Shown piece by piece: positions 10,354 through 19,897 of a stretch of DNA of 64,000 nt; positions within the stretch are counted from its first letter, which is position 1, and each line of letters opens with the position of its first letter. The DNA comes from Thermoplasmata archaeon (GTDB taxonomy: Archaea; Thermoplasmatota; Thermoplasmata; Halarchaeoplasmatales; Halarchaeoplasmataceae), in the NCBI GenBank assembly GCA_046484045.1, contig JAWOBZ010000080.1, forward strand, positions 28,630 to 92,629, written 5' to 3'. The notes under the pieces are model-generated. The model did no database searches, had not been told where the DNA came from, and saw only the letters and a program-made list of their open reading frames with translations. Made by a program: the position numbers and the translations under genes.

Positions 10354-11148
10354 ATGAAAGAAATAATATCAAAGATAACAAAAGATTACCTATTCAGGTT
10401 GATGATGGACGGCAAGAGGATAGACGGTAGGGACATGCTCGAACACAGGGATATAAAGATTGAACCCGGATTCATAGGTACAGCCGAAGGCTCTGCTAGA
10501 ATCAAGCTGGGCGATACCGATGTCATCGTAGGCATAAAGATGGACACCGGTGAACCGTTCCCGGACACCCCGGATAAAGGCGTCGTCATCACATCCGCCG
10601 AATTGATACCGTTAGCATCGCCAAAATTCGAATCCGGTCCACCGAGAGAAGATGCCACCGAACTCGCAAGGGTGGTCGACAGAGGTATCAGAGAAGGAAA
10701 CGTAGTGGACGTTACTAAACTGTGTATTGAAGAAGGAGAGAAAGTATGGCTCATATTCATCGATATGCACATACTGGACTTCGACGGAAACCTGTTCGAC
10801 GCATGCGGCATAGGTGCCATGGCGGCGTTGATGAACACCATAGTTCCTGCAGAGAGACACGAGTTGGGCGATGATTATCAGCTTCCGATAGAACACACCG
10901 TTGTTCCCACGACATTCACTAAGATCAAGAAGCAGATCATATTGGACTCGAGACTAGAAGAGGAACAGATCGCCGAAGCAAGGTTGACGATAGGTACCAA
11001 CGAAGACGGAGACATAGTCGCTATGCAGAAGGGGCTGAGCGGTGTGTTCGACTACGAAGATACACTCGAGTGCATCAATAATTCCAGGAAGATAGGCGGA
11101 AAGATCAGGAAAATGTTGATAGAACTATCCAAAGAGGATAAAGTATAA
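10354..11148 (+). CDS. rrp42: Exosome subunit Rrp42
   Basis: RIDGR, AEGSA, PFPDTPDKG, FESGPP, ELARVVDRGIRE, DGNLFDA. Confidence 0.96.
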   Translation: MKEIISKITKDYLFRLMMDGKRIDGRDMLEHRDIKIEPGFIGTAEGSARIKLGDTDVIVGIKMDTGEPFPDTPDKGVVITSAELIPLASPKFESGPPREDATELARVVDRGIREGNVVDVTKLCIEEGEKVWLIFIDMHILDFDGNLFDACGIGAMAALMNTIVPAERHELGDDYQLPIEHTVVPTTFTKIKKQIILDSRLEEEQIAEARLTIGTNEDGDIVAMQKGLSGVFDYEDTLECINNSRKIGGKIRKMLIELSKEDKV

Positions 11149-11191
11149 ATATATTCATTGTAAAACAGAGTAGACAAGGGGCGTCATCAAG

Positions 11192-11440
11192 ATGGCTAAG
11201 AAGAAAAAAGTAGGAAGCACCGGTAGATTCGGAGCCAGATACGGTGTTAGAGTCAGAAGGTCTATCAGAGAGGTAGAGGATTCGCTGAGACAACATTACG
11301 AATGCCCTCGATGCCATCACGATAAGGTCAGGAGATTGAGTTCTGGGATTTGGAACTGCGATAAATGCGGTTTGAAATTCGCAGGCGGTGCTTATCGACC
11401 CAACCTTGGCAGAGAGATAAGGATGGAGGAGGAAGAATAG
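11192..11440 (+). CDS. rpl37ae: 50S ribosomal protein L37Ae (eL43)
   Basis: GRFGARYG, CPRC...CDKC, FAGGAY. Confidence 0.95.
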   Translation: MAKKKKVGSTGRFGARYGVRVRRSIREVEDSLRQHYECPRCHHDKVRRLSSGIWNCDKCGLKFAGGAYRPNLGREIRMEEEE

Positions 11441-11442
11441 AC

Positions 11443-11577
11443 ATGTTCAGATGCGCTATCTGTAAAGAAAGGATCAAAGGAGACATCAGCACCGTCGGTA
11501 TACAGTGTGAGAACTGCGGTGCAAGGGTTTTCTACAAAGACAGGCCCAACGTAAAGAAGGACCTGAAGGCACGGTAG
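11443..11577 (+). CDS. rpoP: RNA polymerase subunit P (Rpo12)
   Basis: MFRCAIC...CENCGARVFYKDRP...KAR; ATG at 11443 in the conserved operon position. Confidence 0.9.
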   Translation: MFRCAICKERIKGDISTVGIQCENCGARVFYKDRPNVKKDLKAR

Positions 11578-11578
11578 T

Positions 11579-11809
11579 ATGATGCGTGCCACCTTGACAC
11601 TCGATAAAAAGCACTTGGATAAGAAGATGCTGGGTGCTTTGGAGCCCGAAGTAGAAGAGGGCATGAATCGGGTAAAGGCCAGCATCGAACACGATCCGCC
11701 AAGGATCTTGATAGAGGCAGAGGACAGCAGAGCTCTTAGAGCTGCTTTGAACTCTTACCTCAGATGGCTCGGAATAACTGACGAAATATCAGATAAATAC
11801 GCTAGATAA
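11579..11809 (+). CDS. pcc1: KEOPS complex subunit Pcc1
   Basis: ALEPE, IEAEDSRALRAALNSYLRWL. Confidence 0.88.
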   Translation: MMRATLTLDKKHLDKKMLGALEPEVEEGMNRVKASIEHDPPRILIEAEDSRALRAALNSYLRWLGITDEISDKYAR

Positions 11810-11821
11810 GGAGGAAATATT

Positions 11822-12196
11822 ATGGTAGCATCACAGGAAGAATTACAAAACGAAATCGCAAAGGCACAACAACTCCAACAGCAGCTGCAGAACGTTCTCT
11901 CACAGAAGCAGCAGATGGAGATCAAGAAGAACGACCTTGAAAGAGCTCTTGAAGAGATCAAGGACCTCGAAGAAGATACTCCAATGTATCGGAATGTCGG
12001 GGAAAATATTCTCATCAAGGTGGAAGATCGGGGAAAATTGATCGAAGACCTCGAGGAACAGGTCGAATCCACCGAAGTGAGATTAAAGTCGTTTTCAAGG
12101 CAGGAAGAAAAATTACGAAACAACTTCCAAGAACTACAAAAAGAATTGAGTGCCAAACTCAGTGGAGTACAACCTGGTCCACAGACCGGGGGATAG
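11822..12196 (+). CDS. pfdB: Prefoldin beta subunit
   Basis: Coiled coils around MYRNVGENILIK; operon position. Confidence 0.92.
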   Translation: MVASQEELQNEIAKAQQLQQQLQNVLSQKQQMEIKKNDLERALEEIKDLEEDTPMYRNVGENILIKVEDRGKLIEDLEEQVESTEVRLKSFSRQEEKLRNNFQELQKELSAKLSGVQPGPQTGG

Positions 12197-13138
12197 ATGG
12201 GTTTACCCGAAGGGAAAAAAACGCTCTTCTTGAGTCATCAGAATGCAGACCCAGATGCAGTCGGTTGTCTGTATTTTCTACAGAGTCGGTATAGAGGAGA
12301 TATAGGTCTACCAGACGAGCCCGATAAAAGAGGGAAGAGGTTGGCTGATTATCTAGAGATGGAATACACTATTTGTCCCTCTCCTGAGGAGTACGAGCAG
12401 ATCGTGGTTGTCGATACTCCGGACCCTAAACAGCTCGAACCGATACCGATCGTTGAGGAAAAAACTACGGTTATAGATCACCACAGAGCAAATCTATGGG
12501 CGGGATGGGATGTCGAGATGATATATGAAGACAGGGGATCGTGTGCCGAGATAATCTACGAGATGGTCAAACCGAGAGATATGACGGAAAAAGAGGTCTT
12601 TGCACTCACCGCAGGCATATTGACGGATACATCGTACCTAAATCGTGCCGACGAGGGAACTTTTCGTATATTGTCAGAACTGTTTTCTCGCTCCGAGATA
12701 ACCATATCCCAGGTTAAAAGAGAGCTGTTTAAAAAAAGGACCTACTCCGAGAAGATATGCAGGTTGAAGGGAGCCAAAAGGAGCTCTTTCCAGAAGGTCA
12801 ACGGTTACCTTATCGCCTATACAAAAGTAAATTCATTCGAATCCTCTGCATGTGATATACTCTTGAAGGCCGGGGCGGATGTTGCCTTCACGGTATCTGA
12901 AAGAGATGATGGGATAATAATATCGGGAAGAACTCGAGATTCTATGCTTGAATTGGGGATGGACCTAGGAGCGATAATGAAGGTGGTTTCATCTGCAAAA
13001 GAAAGTGCCTCCGGAGGAGGACATCCCGGAGCGGCGGTTTTCAAAGGTAACTGCAACTCGGAACAAATTCTAAGAGAGCTCCTCGCCAAGGTCACGGAAG
13101 AGATAAAGAAGAACGGATGGTACCGGCGTAAGGATTGA
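12197..13138 (+). CDS. DHH/DHHA1 family phosphoesterase
   Basis: HQNADPDA, VVDT, IDHH, GILTDT, GGGHPGAA. Confidence 0.9.
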   Translation: MGLPEGKKTLFLSHQNADPDAVGCLYFLQSRYRGDIGLPDEPDKRGKRLADYLEMEYTICPSPEEYEQIVVVDTPDPKQLEPIPIVEEKTTVIDHHRANLWAGWDVEMIYEDRGSCAEIIYEMVKPRDMTEKEVFALTAGILTDTSYLNRADEGTFRILSELFSRSEITISQVKRELFKKRTYSEKICRLKGAKRSSFQKVNGYLIAYTKVNSFESSACDILLKAGADVAFTVSERDDGIIISGRTRDSMLELGMDLGAIMKVVSSAKESASGGGHPGAAVFKGNCNSEQILRELLAKVTEEIKKNGWYRRKD

Positions 13139-13140
13139 TA

Positions 13141-14190
13141 TTATCTCTCCAAATTTTTCTGCAGTTCTTTGAGATTATCTGGATTGACTTCGAAGAATCT
13201 TCTAACTGGTTCTAATAACTCGGAGAGGACATTTGCTACACCCTGCTTCAGATCTGCTGGGTGCAGTTCTTCGTTGACGTATGCATTTTCCAATTCTTCA
13301 TACGAGTCAAAGTGCATGTCACCACCCCACTTCTCCGGCCTATCGATATGAAGTTCACCGTTTTCAGGGAACACGATGAACCTACACATCTCTAAAATCG
13401 GGTTCCCTTCTACTTCCGGAGGGCAGTACGCCCCGTTGATCTTTTTCTCGATATCTTCGGGATCGTCGTGGATGAATATACAAGACTCCGGATCGCTTTT
13501 GCTCATCTTGCCTTCTGTCACAGAGTCCATCCTACCACCGCCCTTGAGACCGGACAAAATCGGTGTGTGTAGAGCTATGGGTTTCTTCCATCCCAGCTTA
13601 TCAGCGGTGTCCCTAGCCAGCATGTGTGCCCTTCTCTGGTCGATACCGGCATAGGCTACATCGACATCCAGTACGAAGATGTCGGTTGCCTGAAGTGATG
13701 GATATATCAGCATGGAGCTGTCTGCCTCCGTTTCATCGGTTTCTCTACCCATGATATCTACTGCCCTTCTTATCCTAGCTACCGAGTTAGCTTTTGCAAC
13801 TCTGAGCACTTTCCCCCAGTAATCCATTTTATCCATGATCTCACTTGCGAATATGAACTCGGTCTTTTTTGGATCGACTCCAAGGGCTAGAAAAGAATCG
13901 ATCAGGTATTTACCGCAGGTTTTTATGGTGTCTATGTCACCATTTAGCTTATCGTTTATGTATGCATGCCAGTCCGCTAGTAATATCTTGACGTCGAACC
14001 CGGCCTCCTGCATCTCTTTGATCTTACTGGCGCAGACCATCCCCTGTCCTACGTGCATAAGACCGGACGGCTCGAAACCGATATAAACCGATGGATTCTC
14101 TTTCTCTTCCAGCAATTCTTCCAGCTCTTCTTCCGTTACAACTTCCTCGACGTTGTGCATTACCAGCTCTAGCCTTTCTTCTATATCCAT
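13141..14190 (-). CDS. tyrS: Tyrosine--tRNA ligase (archaeal type)
   Basis: YIGFEPSGLMHVG, LADWHA, GIDQRRAH, KMSKS, LHPADLK; likely start MDIEER at 14190. Confidence 0.96.
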   Translation of the reverse strand: MDIEERLELVMHNVEEVVTEEELEELLEEKENPSVYIGFEPSGLMHVGQGMVCASKIKEMQEAGFDVKILLADWHAYINDKLNGDIDTIKTCGKYLIDSFLALGVDPKKTEFIFASEIMDKMDYWGKVLRVAKANSVARIRRAVDIMGRETDETEADSSMLIYPSLQATDIFVLDVDVAYAGIDQRRAHMLARDTADKLGWKKPIALHTPILSGLKGGGRMDSVTEGKMSKSDPESCIFIHDDPEDIEKKINGAYCPPEVEGNPILEMCRFIVFPENGELHIDRPEKWGGDMHFDSYEELENAYVNEELHPADLKQGVANVLSELLEPVRRFFEVNPDNLKELQKNLER

Positions 14191-14312
14191 CGGCACGGGA
14201 TATATCGTGTACAATATGAAAATTTTGGTCAGTTCTCAACTAAAAGATTTATATAAAATATATAGAAATAAGTAAAGCTTATATGAGGAAGCAATAATCC
14301 TCAATCGATAAC

Positions 14313-15578
14313 ATGTCCGATAAATGGGATCTCTTCACTATGGACGATTTCGACCTGAGGGGAAGGACGGTCTTGTTAAGGGTAGATATAAATTCACCTA
14401 TCGATCCAAAGTCCGGCAGGATCCTGGATGACCACCGAATACGCAGACATCTTGAGACCATCAAGGACCTCGATCGATCAAAACTGATAATCATCGCCCA
14501 TCAGAGCAGGCCTGGGAAGAACGATTACACCACTTTGGATGCCCATGCCATAAGGATGAGTCAACTTTTGGGGAAGAGGGTGGAATACGTTGACGGTCTT
14601 TTCGACAGCCACGTTCGGACTAAGATCACGAATATGAAAGATGGAGATAAGCTACTGCTCGAAAACGCAAGATTCTATTCTGAAGAGACCTCTCTCAAGG
14701 GGAACAAAGATTGGAACAAACATCAGAACACACACATAGTTCAGAAGCTGGCTCCCATGATAGATTTCTTTATCCACGATGCCTTTGCTGCCGCTCACCG
14801 TGCACAGCCTACGCTCATCGGATTCTCCGAGGTGGTTCCTAGTTTAGCTGGAAGGGTGATGCAGAAGGAGATAGACGACATGGGGAAGGCATTTGAGGAC
14901 GGAATGAACCCGAAGATAGCCATACTCGGTGGCATGAAAGTCGATGACTCCATAGAAGTAGCGGACCACATGCTTGAATCCGGGGCCATCGACAAGATAC
15001 TGACAACGGGGGTGGTAGCTCAGTTCTTCCTTATAGCACAGGGGATAGATCTTGGTAAAGGGAGCATGGACTTCATCGATAAGGAGATCTCAGACTATGA
15101 AAAATTGGTAGAAAAGGCAAAGGATATGCTGGAAAGATGGGATGGAAAGATCAAGGTTCCAAATGCCGTAGCGGTCAACGATAACGGTACCAGGAGTGAT
15201 CTCAGCGTGGATAAGCTGCCCTCGGAACATCCCATATTCGATATCGGATTAGATACCGTAGTGGATTATGAAGAAGATATCAGAAATTCCAAATTGGTAG
15301 TGGTCAACGGTCCTGCTGGTGCGTTCGAGTACGATTCCTTCTCGATCGGCACTACAGAGTTGTTCAGAACGGTTGCTCACTCGGACGCATTCAGCATAAT
15401 CGGCGGGGGTCACTCAGTAGCGGTTGTAGAGAAGCTCGACATCGAAGGCGACATCGATCACATCTCAACAGGCGGCGGTTCGTGCATCAACTTCCTAGCT
15501 GGGAAAGAACTCCCCGGTATCGAAGCACTAGAAAAGAGCAAACGCATCTTCCGACAGGGACCCTTTCAGAAAAAATGA
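14313..15578 (+). CDS. pgk: Phosphoglycerate kinase
   Basis: RVDINSP, AHQSRPG, LLENARF, DAFAAAHR, GGMKVDD, IGGGHS, HISTGGG. Confidence 0.96.
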   Translation: MSDKWDLFTMDDFDLRGRTVLLRVDINSPIDPKSGRILDDHRIRRHLETIKDLDRSKLIIIAHQSRPGKNDYTTLDAHAIRMSQLLGKRVEYVDGLFDSHVRTKITNMKDGDKLLLENARFYSEETSLKGNKDWNKHQNTHIVQKLAPMIDFFIHDAFAAAHRAQPTLIGFSEVVPSLAGRVMQKEIDDMGKAFEDGMNPKIAILGGMKVDDSIEVADHMLESGAIDKILTTGVVAQFFLIAQGIDLGKGSMDFIDKEISDYEKLVEKAKDMLERWDGKIKVPNAVAVNDNGTRSDLSVDKLPSEHPIFDIGLDTVVDYEEDIRNSKLVVVNGPAGAFEYDSFSIGTTELFRTVAHSDAFSIIGGGHSVAVVEKLDIEGDIDHISTGGGSCINFLAGKELPGIEALEKSKRIFRQGPFQKK

Positions 15579-15652
15579 TATACGGGTATCTTTTGAATGA
15601 AATCATAATAGTAGATAAATGAATTTAAGTTATAAAACCGGTCAGCGGTTTC

Positions 15653-15735
15653 GTGGGAAATCGTGCAACGATTCCACTATACGAATCGAAATCCTACGGA
15701 TTTCGATGAGTAAGTGGGGTTTTGTGAAACAAAAC
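15653..15735. repeat. Mini-hairpin cluster with a duplicated tRNA-Thr 5' end
   Basis: GTGGG [AATCGT-GCA-ACGATT] CCACTATA ... [ATCGAAATCC-TAC-GGATTTCGAT] ... GTGGG [GTTTTG-TGAAA-CAAAAC], then the tRNA start GCCACTATA. Confidence 0.75.
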
Positions 15736-15810
15736 GCCACTATAGCTTAGCTCGGCTAAAGCGATGGTTTCGTAAACCATAGACCGTGGGTTCAAATCCC
15801 ACTAGTGGCT
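15736..15810 (+). tRNA. tRNA-Thr(CGT)
   Basis: Acceptor GCCACTA/TAGTGGC, anticodon arm ATGGT-TTCGTAA-ACCAT, T arm GTGGG-TTCAAAT-CCCAC; no encoded CCA. Confidence 0.95.
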
Positions 15811-15826
15811 TCCTCATTACTTTACA

Positions 15827-15884
15827 AGACCGTGGGTTCACGAGCAAGAACACATTCTTGCGAGCTGTTGGAAGCTCTGCTTCC
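15827..15884. repeat. 14-bp copy of the tRNA-Thr variable/T region followed by mini-hairpins
   Basis: AGACCGTGGGTTCA at 15827-15840 equals 15781-15794; then GCAAGAA..TTCTTGC and GGAAGC-TCT-GCTTCC. Confidence 0.7.
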
Positions 15885-15942
15885 TATCCTCCACCCAATC
15901 AATTTTTATACTAATTTCATACTGTAGCAAGAGGTAAGACGG

Positions 15943-16416
15943 ATGCGCAGATACATATCTCTCTCGGGAAATTACTGGAAGACGCTCAACGGTCTTTGGG
16001 CAGTACTCAAAGAGAGCGACTTCCGCCCGGAAGAGGTCGTACTGATAACAGAGAAAAAATCGATGAATAAAGCGAAGAGGATCCAGAGGGACATGAAGAT
16101 ACTGATGGACAGCTACGACCTGCCGGAGGAAGTTGGGATAAAAAAAGTGGGCAACTCGGATTACAACGGAACTTCGAAGATCGTGACTGGACTCATCAAG
16201 GATAACCTGGAAGGGGATAATAAAAACGCACTGGACCTCACCGGAGGCAGTAAATTGATGGTCGCCGCCGCTCTTTTCACTCCAGATACAGGCAAGATAG
16301 ACCATATATTCTTCCTGGATTTCGATGAAGATGATGGCATAGAACTTCCTTATCCCGATATACCCCACGGATCCGTAGAACTCAAGGATCTAGTGGAAGA
16401 AAGGAGGCGGGTATAG
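15943..16416 (+). CDS. Stand-alone CARF-like (Rossmann) domain protein
   Basis: N-terminal strand YISLSG, RPEEVVLIT, and the CARF signature ALDLTGGSKLM. Confidence 0.68.
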   Translation: MRRYISLSGNYWKTLNGLWAVLKESDFRPEEVVLITEKKSMNKAKRIQRDMKILMDSYDLPEEVGIKKVGNSDYNGTSKIVTGLIKDNLEGDNKNALDLTGGSKLMVAAALFTPDTGKIDHIFFLDFDEDDGIELPYPDIPHGSVELKDLVEERRRV

Positions 16417-17490
16417 ATGGAGGAAGTCTTCACTAAAAGAGATCTCATGATGTTCCTGAACGAAGTGAAGAGACAGGGCATCGATCACTTCACCGTGGTA
16501 GAGCCTTACTTCAAAACCAAGATGCTGGACATCGAATTGAAGGGAGGGAGATACGAGGTGACGCTATCAGGTAAAAGCGATTTCGGACCCTATCCGTCCA
16601 AGGACAAGTACTGGGACGTAAGCGATGTGCCTGATTTCTACAGCTACAAGGACTGCTTGATCTCGTCCGGTCTGGTCAAATTCGATAACTGGTCCAAGTT
16701 CGAAGATTGGATAGGTTACTTCTACAAGAGCGAGATCGATCCGAGCTTCGCCAGCAAGTCTATATTCCTCTCCATCGATACGAACATGGCATACTATCGG
16801 CTTATTTCTAGAAGATTTCCCATCGAGAACAACGGATACAACATACAGGCATCGGACTTCGATTACCTGCTGAGCTCGATCGTGGAAGGGGAGATCGACC
16901 ACCACATCAAGGACAAGTACAGCAACATGGACATCAAGATGATGGGGATGTACACTAAGATAGGTGATATCCGCTACAATTTCAATAACCGTGGAAAGCT
17001 GATGACCAGGAAGGCAAAATTCGCCACCCAGGAGTTGAATTACCTCAGAGGGAAGCTCAACGCGGCTAGAGTGAAAGGGAACGTATCTAAAACAGATTCG
17101 GAGAAGAACGATATCTGGATAATAGAATCCCTGGAGCAGTTCGGATGGACGAAGAACATCAACGTGGGCTTCATCTCAGCCGACAGGAACATGGGCAACC
17201 ACGCCGAAAATGCCGAGATACCGTACTTCATCCTGGAGATACCGCACAACATACCCAGGAAGAACGTGGTGAACGAAGACGTCATCAAGAATTTACTGCA
17301 CGACCTAGCACTCATATTCGGCGCGGTAAAACTACCCGAGTTGGAAACCACGATGTTCGGCGTGTGGGGGGGTAAAACGGACTTCGATTACCGCAACGAG
17401 AGCGTCAAAGCGTGGGTGAATCCTAATTCATCCCTGGAAAAAGGTTTGAAAAAGGATGTGAAGATACTTAGATCTCTGAAAGGACCCTGA
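16417..17490 (+). CDS. Large PIN-domain ribonuclease
   Basis: PIN acidic motifs SIDTN, IVEGEI, NDIWIIE, ISADRNM; AGGAGG RBS inside the end of the upstream gene. Confidence 0.75.
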   Translation: MEEVFTKRDLMMFLNEVKRQGIDHFTVVEPYFKTKMLDIELKGGRYEVTLSGKSDFGPYPSKDKYWDVSDVPDFYSYKDCLISSGLVKFDNWSKFEDWIGYFYKSEIDPSFASKSIFLSIDTNMAYYRLISRRFPIENNGYNIQASDFDYLLSSIVEGEIDHHIKDKYSNMDIKMMGMYTKIGDIRYNFNNRGKLMTRKAKFATQELNYLRGKLNAARVKGNVSKTDSEKNDIWIIESLEQFGWTKNINVGFISADRNMGNHAENAEIPYFILEIPHNIPRKNVVNEDVIKNLLHDLALIFGAVKLPELETTMFGVWGGKTDFDYRNESVKAWVNPNSSLEKGLKKDVKILRSLKGP

Positions 17491-17502
17491 TGATCCGACG
17501 CC

Positions 17503-19647
17503 CTAGGGTTTTTTTATTTCGTAACGCAATTTACTCTCTAGATAACCGAAGGGTGCCAGTATCTCTCCGCCGACTCTATACAGATATCTTTCGTAGTAAG
17601 AGGTATCGTAATATTCATCGTGATAGCCCACTATAGACACCTTGTTTTTGTAGTTCTTACTTTTGGCATCCGTCACCACGTATCGGATCACCTGCCCGGG
17701 ATGCACTCGGATACCGTGTTCTTTGTACTGGAGCAGTGCCGCCTTGGTCTCTGTCATGTGCTCGTACTCCTCCGCACCCTTGGACGTTATCTTGGTGAAG
17801 TGCAGTTCTCCCATGTCGGCTTTCCCAGAGCGTATCTCTCTTGCGTATCTTCTTACTACGTCTAGATATCCATGGATGCCGTCGAATAGTTCTTTTCTGC
17901 TCGTGCAGTCCGACATCTGGCGCAGTATCTCTTTCTGACAGTTCTTGAACAGCGTCGGTGTGTCCCTTCTCCTTGCGTGGATACCTTTGAACTCGAGTTT
18001 ACCGTCCAGCAGTCCGAAATATCGATTCGGCACACCTATCTTCGGATCTCCTTTACTGCCCAGGAACACCACCCATGAGTACTTGCCCTCCTTCTCCAGT
18101 ACTACCTTGGTTTTCTCCTCGACTATGGATAACAACTCTTCCACTCGTTCCTCACCGCCCTTCAACCAAAGAGAGTCCACGATGCCGTGAACAACTTCGT
18201 AGCCCATATCCTGGGCCGTATCGGCGGCTTCCAGCAGTATATCCCTGCCGTAGGCGGTAATACTCTCGTGAACCTCGATGTTGCTGAAACGTGCTTTCTT
18301 GTACCCTGTGTAACCGAAGCAGGTAACCAGCAGCCATTTGAGCACCTTGGCTCTGTCTTTGAAGACTTCGTTATCAGGCGTGGACTTGTAGAGCTGTCTT
18401 CTTTCAACAACCGGCCCTACGACCTTCGGAATAAGTCCTCTCCTTTTATTGCAGACCTTGTACCCCAGCTCAGGGACTACGTGATGATCACCGCAGGTGC
18501 ACCCCAGAGTCTCTGGCGAGAGGTTGTACTTGTCGATGATAGAGGGATACATGCTGGCGAAGTCCAGCTTGATCAGGTCTTCGTGAACGCCGATTATCGG
18601 AGAGTAGATGTGCCCGCCTCTGTCTGAGAGTATCAGCTGTCTCATTGTCTTGAAGCGCTCGGTGATGTTCTTCTTCCACGGTATCAGGTATCCGTCTTTC
18701 ATCGCCTGGGCGATCTCCATCGCATCGATGGCACTACCCGGACTTCGGCGGGAGAGCCTCTGCAGGGGGATCTTTGACAACCTGGCGATCTCTATGAGGC
18801 CGTCGATGCCTCCTTCGCGGTACATGAAAGAGCTTTGTTCGTCTATGTGTATGCGGCCCTTGAGTGTGTATGTAGGCGGTTTGTAGAGCACCCTGCCATA
18901 GGAAACGTAAGATGAACCCTGCCTGGGGGAGTGCATCGAACGCTCTCGTCCAAGGCATAAGGACACCTCGTGAAGTTCACTCCGATAAGCAAGATAAGGT
19001 ATCAAAAACGTGTCTCCGCCGGAGGTGATGACTATATCTGGATCTATGTTTTTGATACCGTCGTTCAGGTCTTTCAGTATACTCTCTTCGTCACCGCGTA
19101 TATCCATATCATCCAGTGCTGCTGATCGGAGTGGATCGTCCATCCTAGGTAAACCATCAGATTCCGTTTCTACATCCAATCTCACCGTGCGTAGAGGTGG
19201 TTTAGAGTAACGTATATTATCGCTATCCTCCAGCTCCCGCCATCCGTGGTTCTTCTCGACCAGTGAAAAAGTGCTGATGTCGTTCTCTATGAGATATCTC
19301 TGGCCCAGCGGTATGTCGACGTTGTAGAAAAGGTATTTCTGGTAGCCGTTGAAGAAATCCAAAGCATCCGCGTTCTTTCTGGGATCGAAAACTCTACCGG
19401 GTGAAACACGCAGAACATCCCTTTCTTTTCTATCGTGGATATCCGTTATCCTCTTCTCCGAACAGGTCTCGAAACCCATCTTCTCGTAGTGCATTTCGGC
19501 TTCACGGTGATCTCCGTCTTTAGCTCTCAAGAAAAAGACCGGGTCGTAATCGACCAAGACCTTGTGGCAGTCCTTCTTAGTCCGGATCCAGAGGACCATC
19601 TTCCCCTTTTTCAAGTCGGGGTAGATGTCCAATATCCATCCCTTCAT
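17503..19647 (-). CDS. polB2: Family B DNA polymerase, PolB2 group
   Basis: Motif A DFASMYPSII; divergent motif B KWLLVTCFGY and motif C HGIVDS, typical of PolB2. Confidence 0.9.
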   Translation of the reverse strand: MKGWILDIYPDLKKGKMVLWIRTKKDCHKVLVDYDPVFFLRAKDGDHREAEMHYEKMGFETCSEKRITDIHDRKERDVLRVSPGRVFDPRKNADALDFFNGYQKYLFYNVDIPLGQRYLIENDISTFSLVEKNHGWRELEDSDNIRYSKPPLRTVRLDVETESDGLPRMDDPLRSAALDDMDIRGDEESILKDLNDGIKNIDPDIVITSGGDTFLIPYLAYRSELHEVSLCLGRERSMHSPRQGSSYVSYGRVLYKPPTYTLKGRIHIDEQSSFMYREGGIDGLIEIARLSKIPLQRLSRRSPGSAIDAMEIAQAMKDGYLIPWKKNITERFKTMRQLILSDRGGHIYSPIIGVHEDLIKLDFASMYPSIIDKYNLSPETLGCTCGDHHVVPELGYKVCNKRRGLIPKVVGPVVERRQLYKSTPDNEVFKDRAKVLKWLLVTCFGYTGYKKARFSNIEVHESITAYGRDILLEAADTAQDMGYEVVHGIVDSLWLKGGEERVEELLSIVEEKTKVVLEKEGKYSWVVFLGSKGDPKIGVPNRYFGLLDGKLEFKGIHARRRDTPTLFKNCQKEILRQMSDCTSRKELFDGIHGYLDVVRRYAREIRSGKADMGELHFTKITSKGAEEYEHMTETKAALLQYKEHGIRVHPGQVIRYVVTDAKSKNYKNKVSIVGYHDEYYDTSYYERYLYRVGGEILAPFGYLESKLRYEIKKP

Positions 19648-19897
19648 CTTTTAGCCTCCTTTCCAACCTGTCCAGGACGAGTTCGTGCTCAAGTAGTATG
19701 GAGATGAAAACCGATTCCATGGGATCGCTGTTGGCCTGGTACTGAGCGGCGGAGGCGTGCCTCTTCGCTTTTGTCATGAGCTCGTCGAATCTCTCACGCT
19801 CTTCCTTCCTGAGTGCTCGCCTGAACTTGCTCCATTCCGCTATTATGCTGTCCAGCTCCTGGCGGAACGTGGGAACGCTCTTACCCACCGCTCTCAC
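19577..19897 (-). CDS. Small helical PolB2-associated protein (arCOG07300-like)
   Basis: GKSVPTFR...EWSKFRRALRKEERERFDELM...AKRHA; lies between the inactive RadA and polB2. True start may be GTG 19888. Confidence 0.8.
   Translation of the reverse strand: MRAVGKSVPTFRQELDSIIAEWSKFRRALRKEERERFDELMTKAKRHASAAQYQANSDPMESVFISILLEHELVLDRLERRLKDEGMDIGHLPRLEKGEDGPLDPD

Noticed and set aside
16414..16419. Amber read-through fusing CARF and PIN (TAG ATG in frame)
   Set aside because: A strong AGGAGG RBS precedes the second ATG, and the same TAGATG junction occurs at pfdB/DHH (12194-12199); translational coupling is simpler.
17503..19647. Casposon, pipolin or viral polymerase
   Set aside because: PolB2-type motifs with the usual cellular partner genes; no Cas1, integrase or terminal repeats seen.
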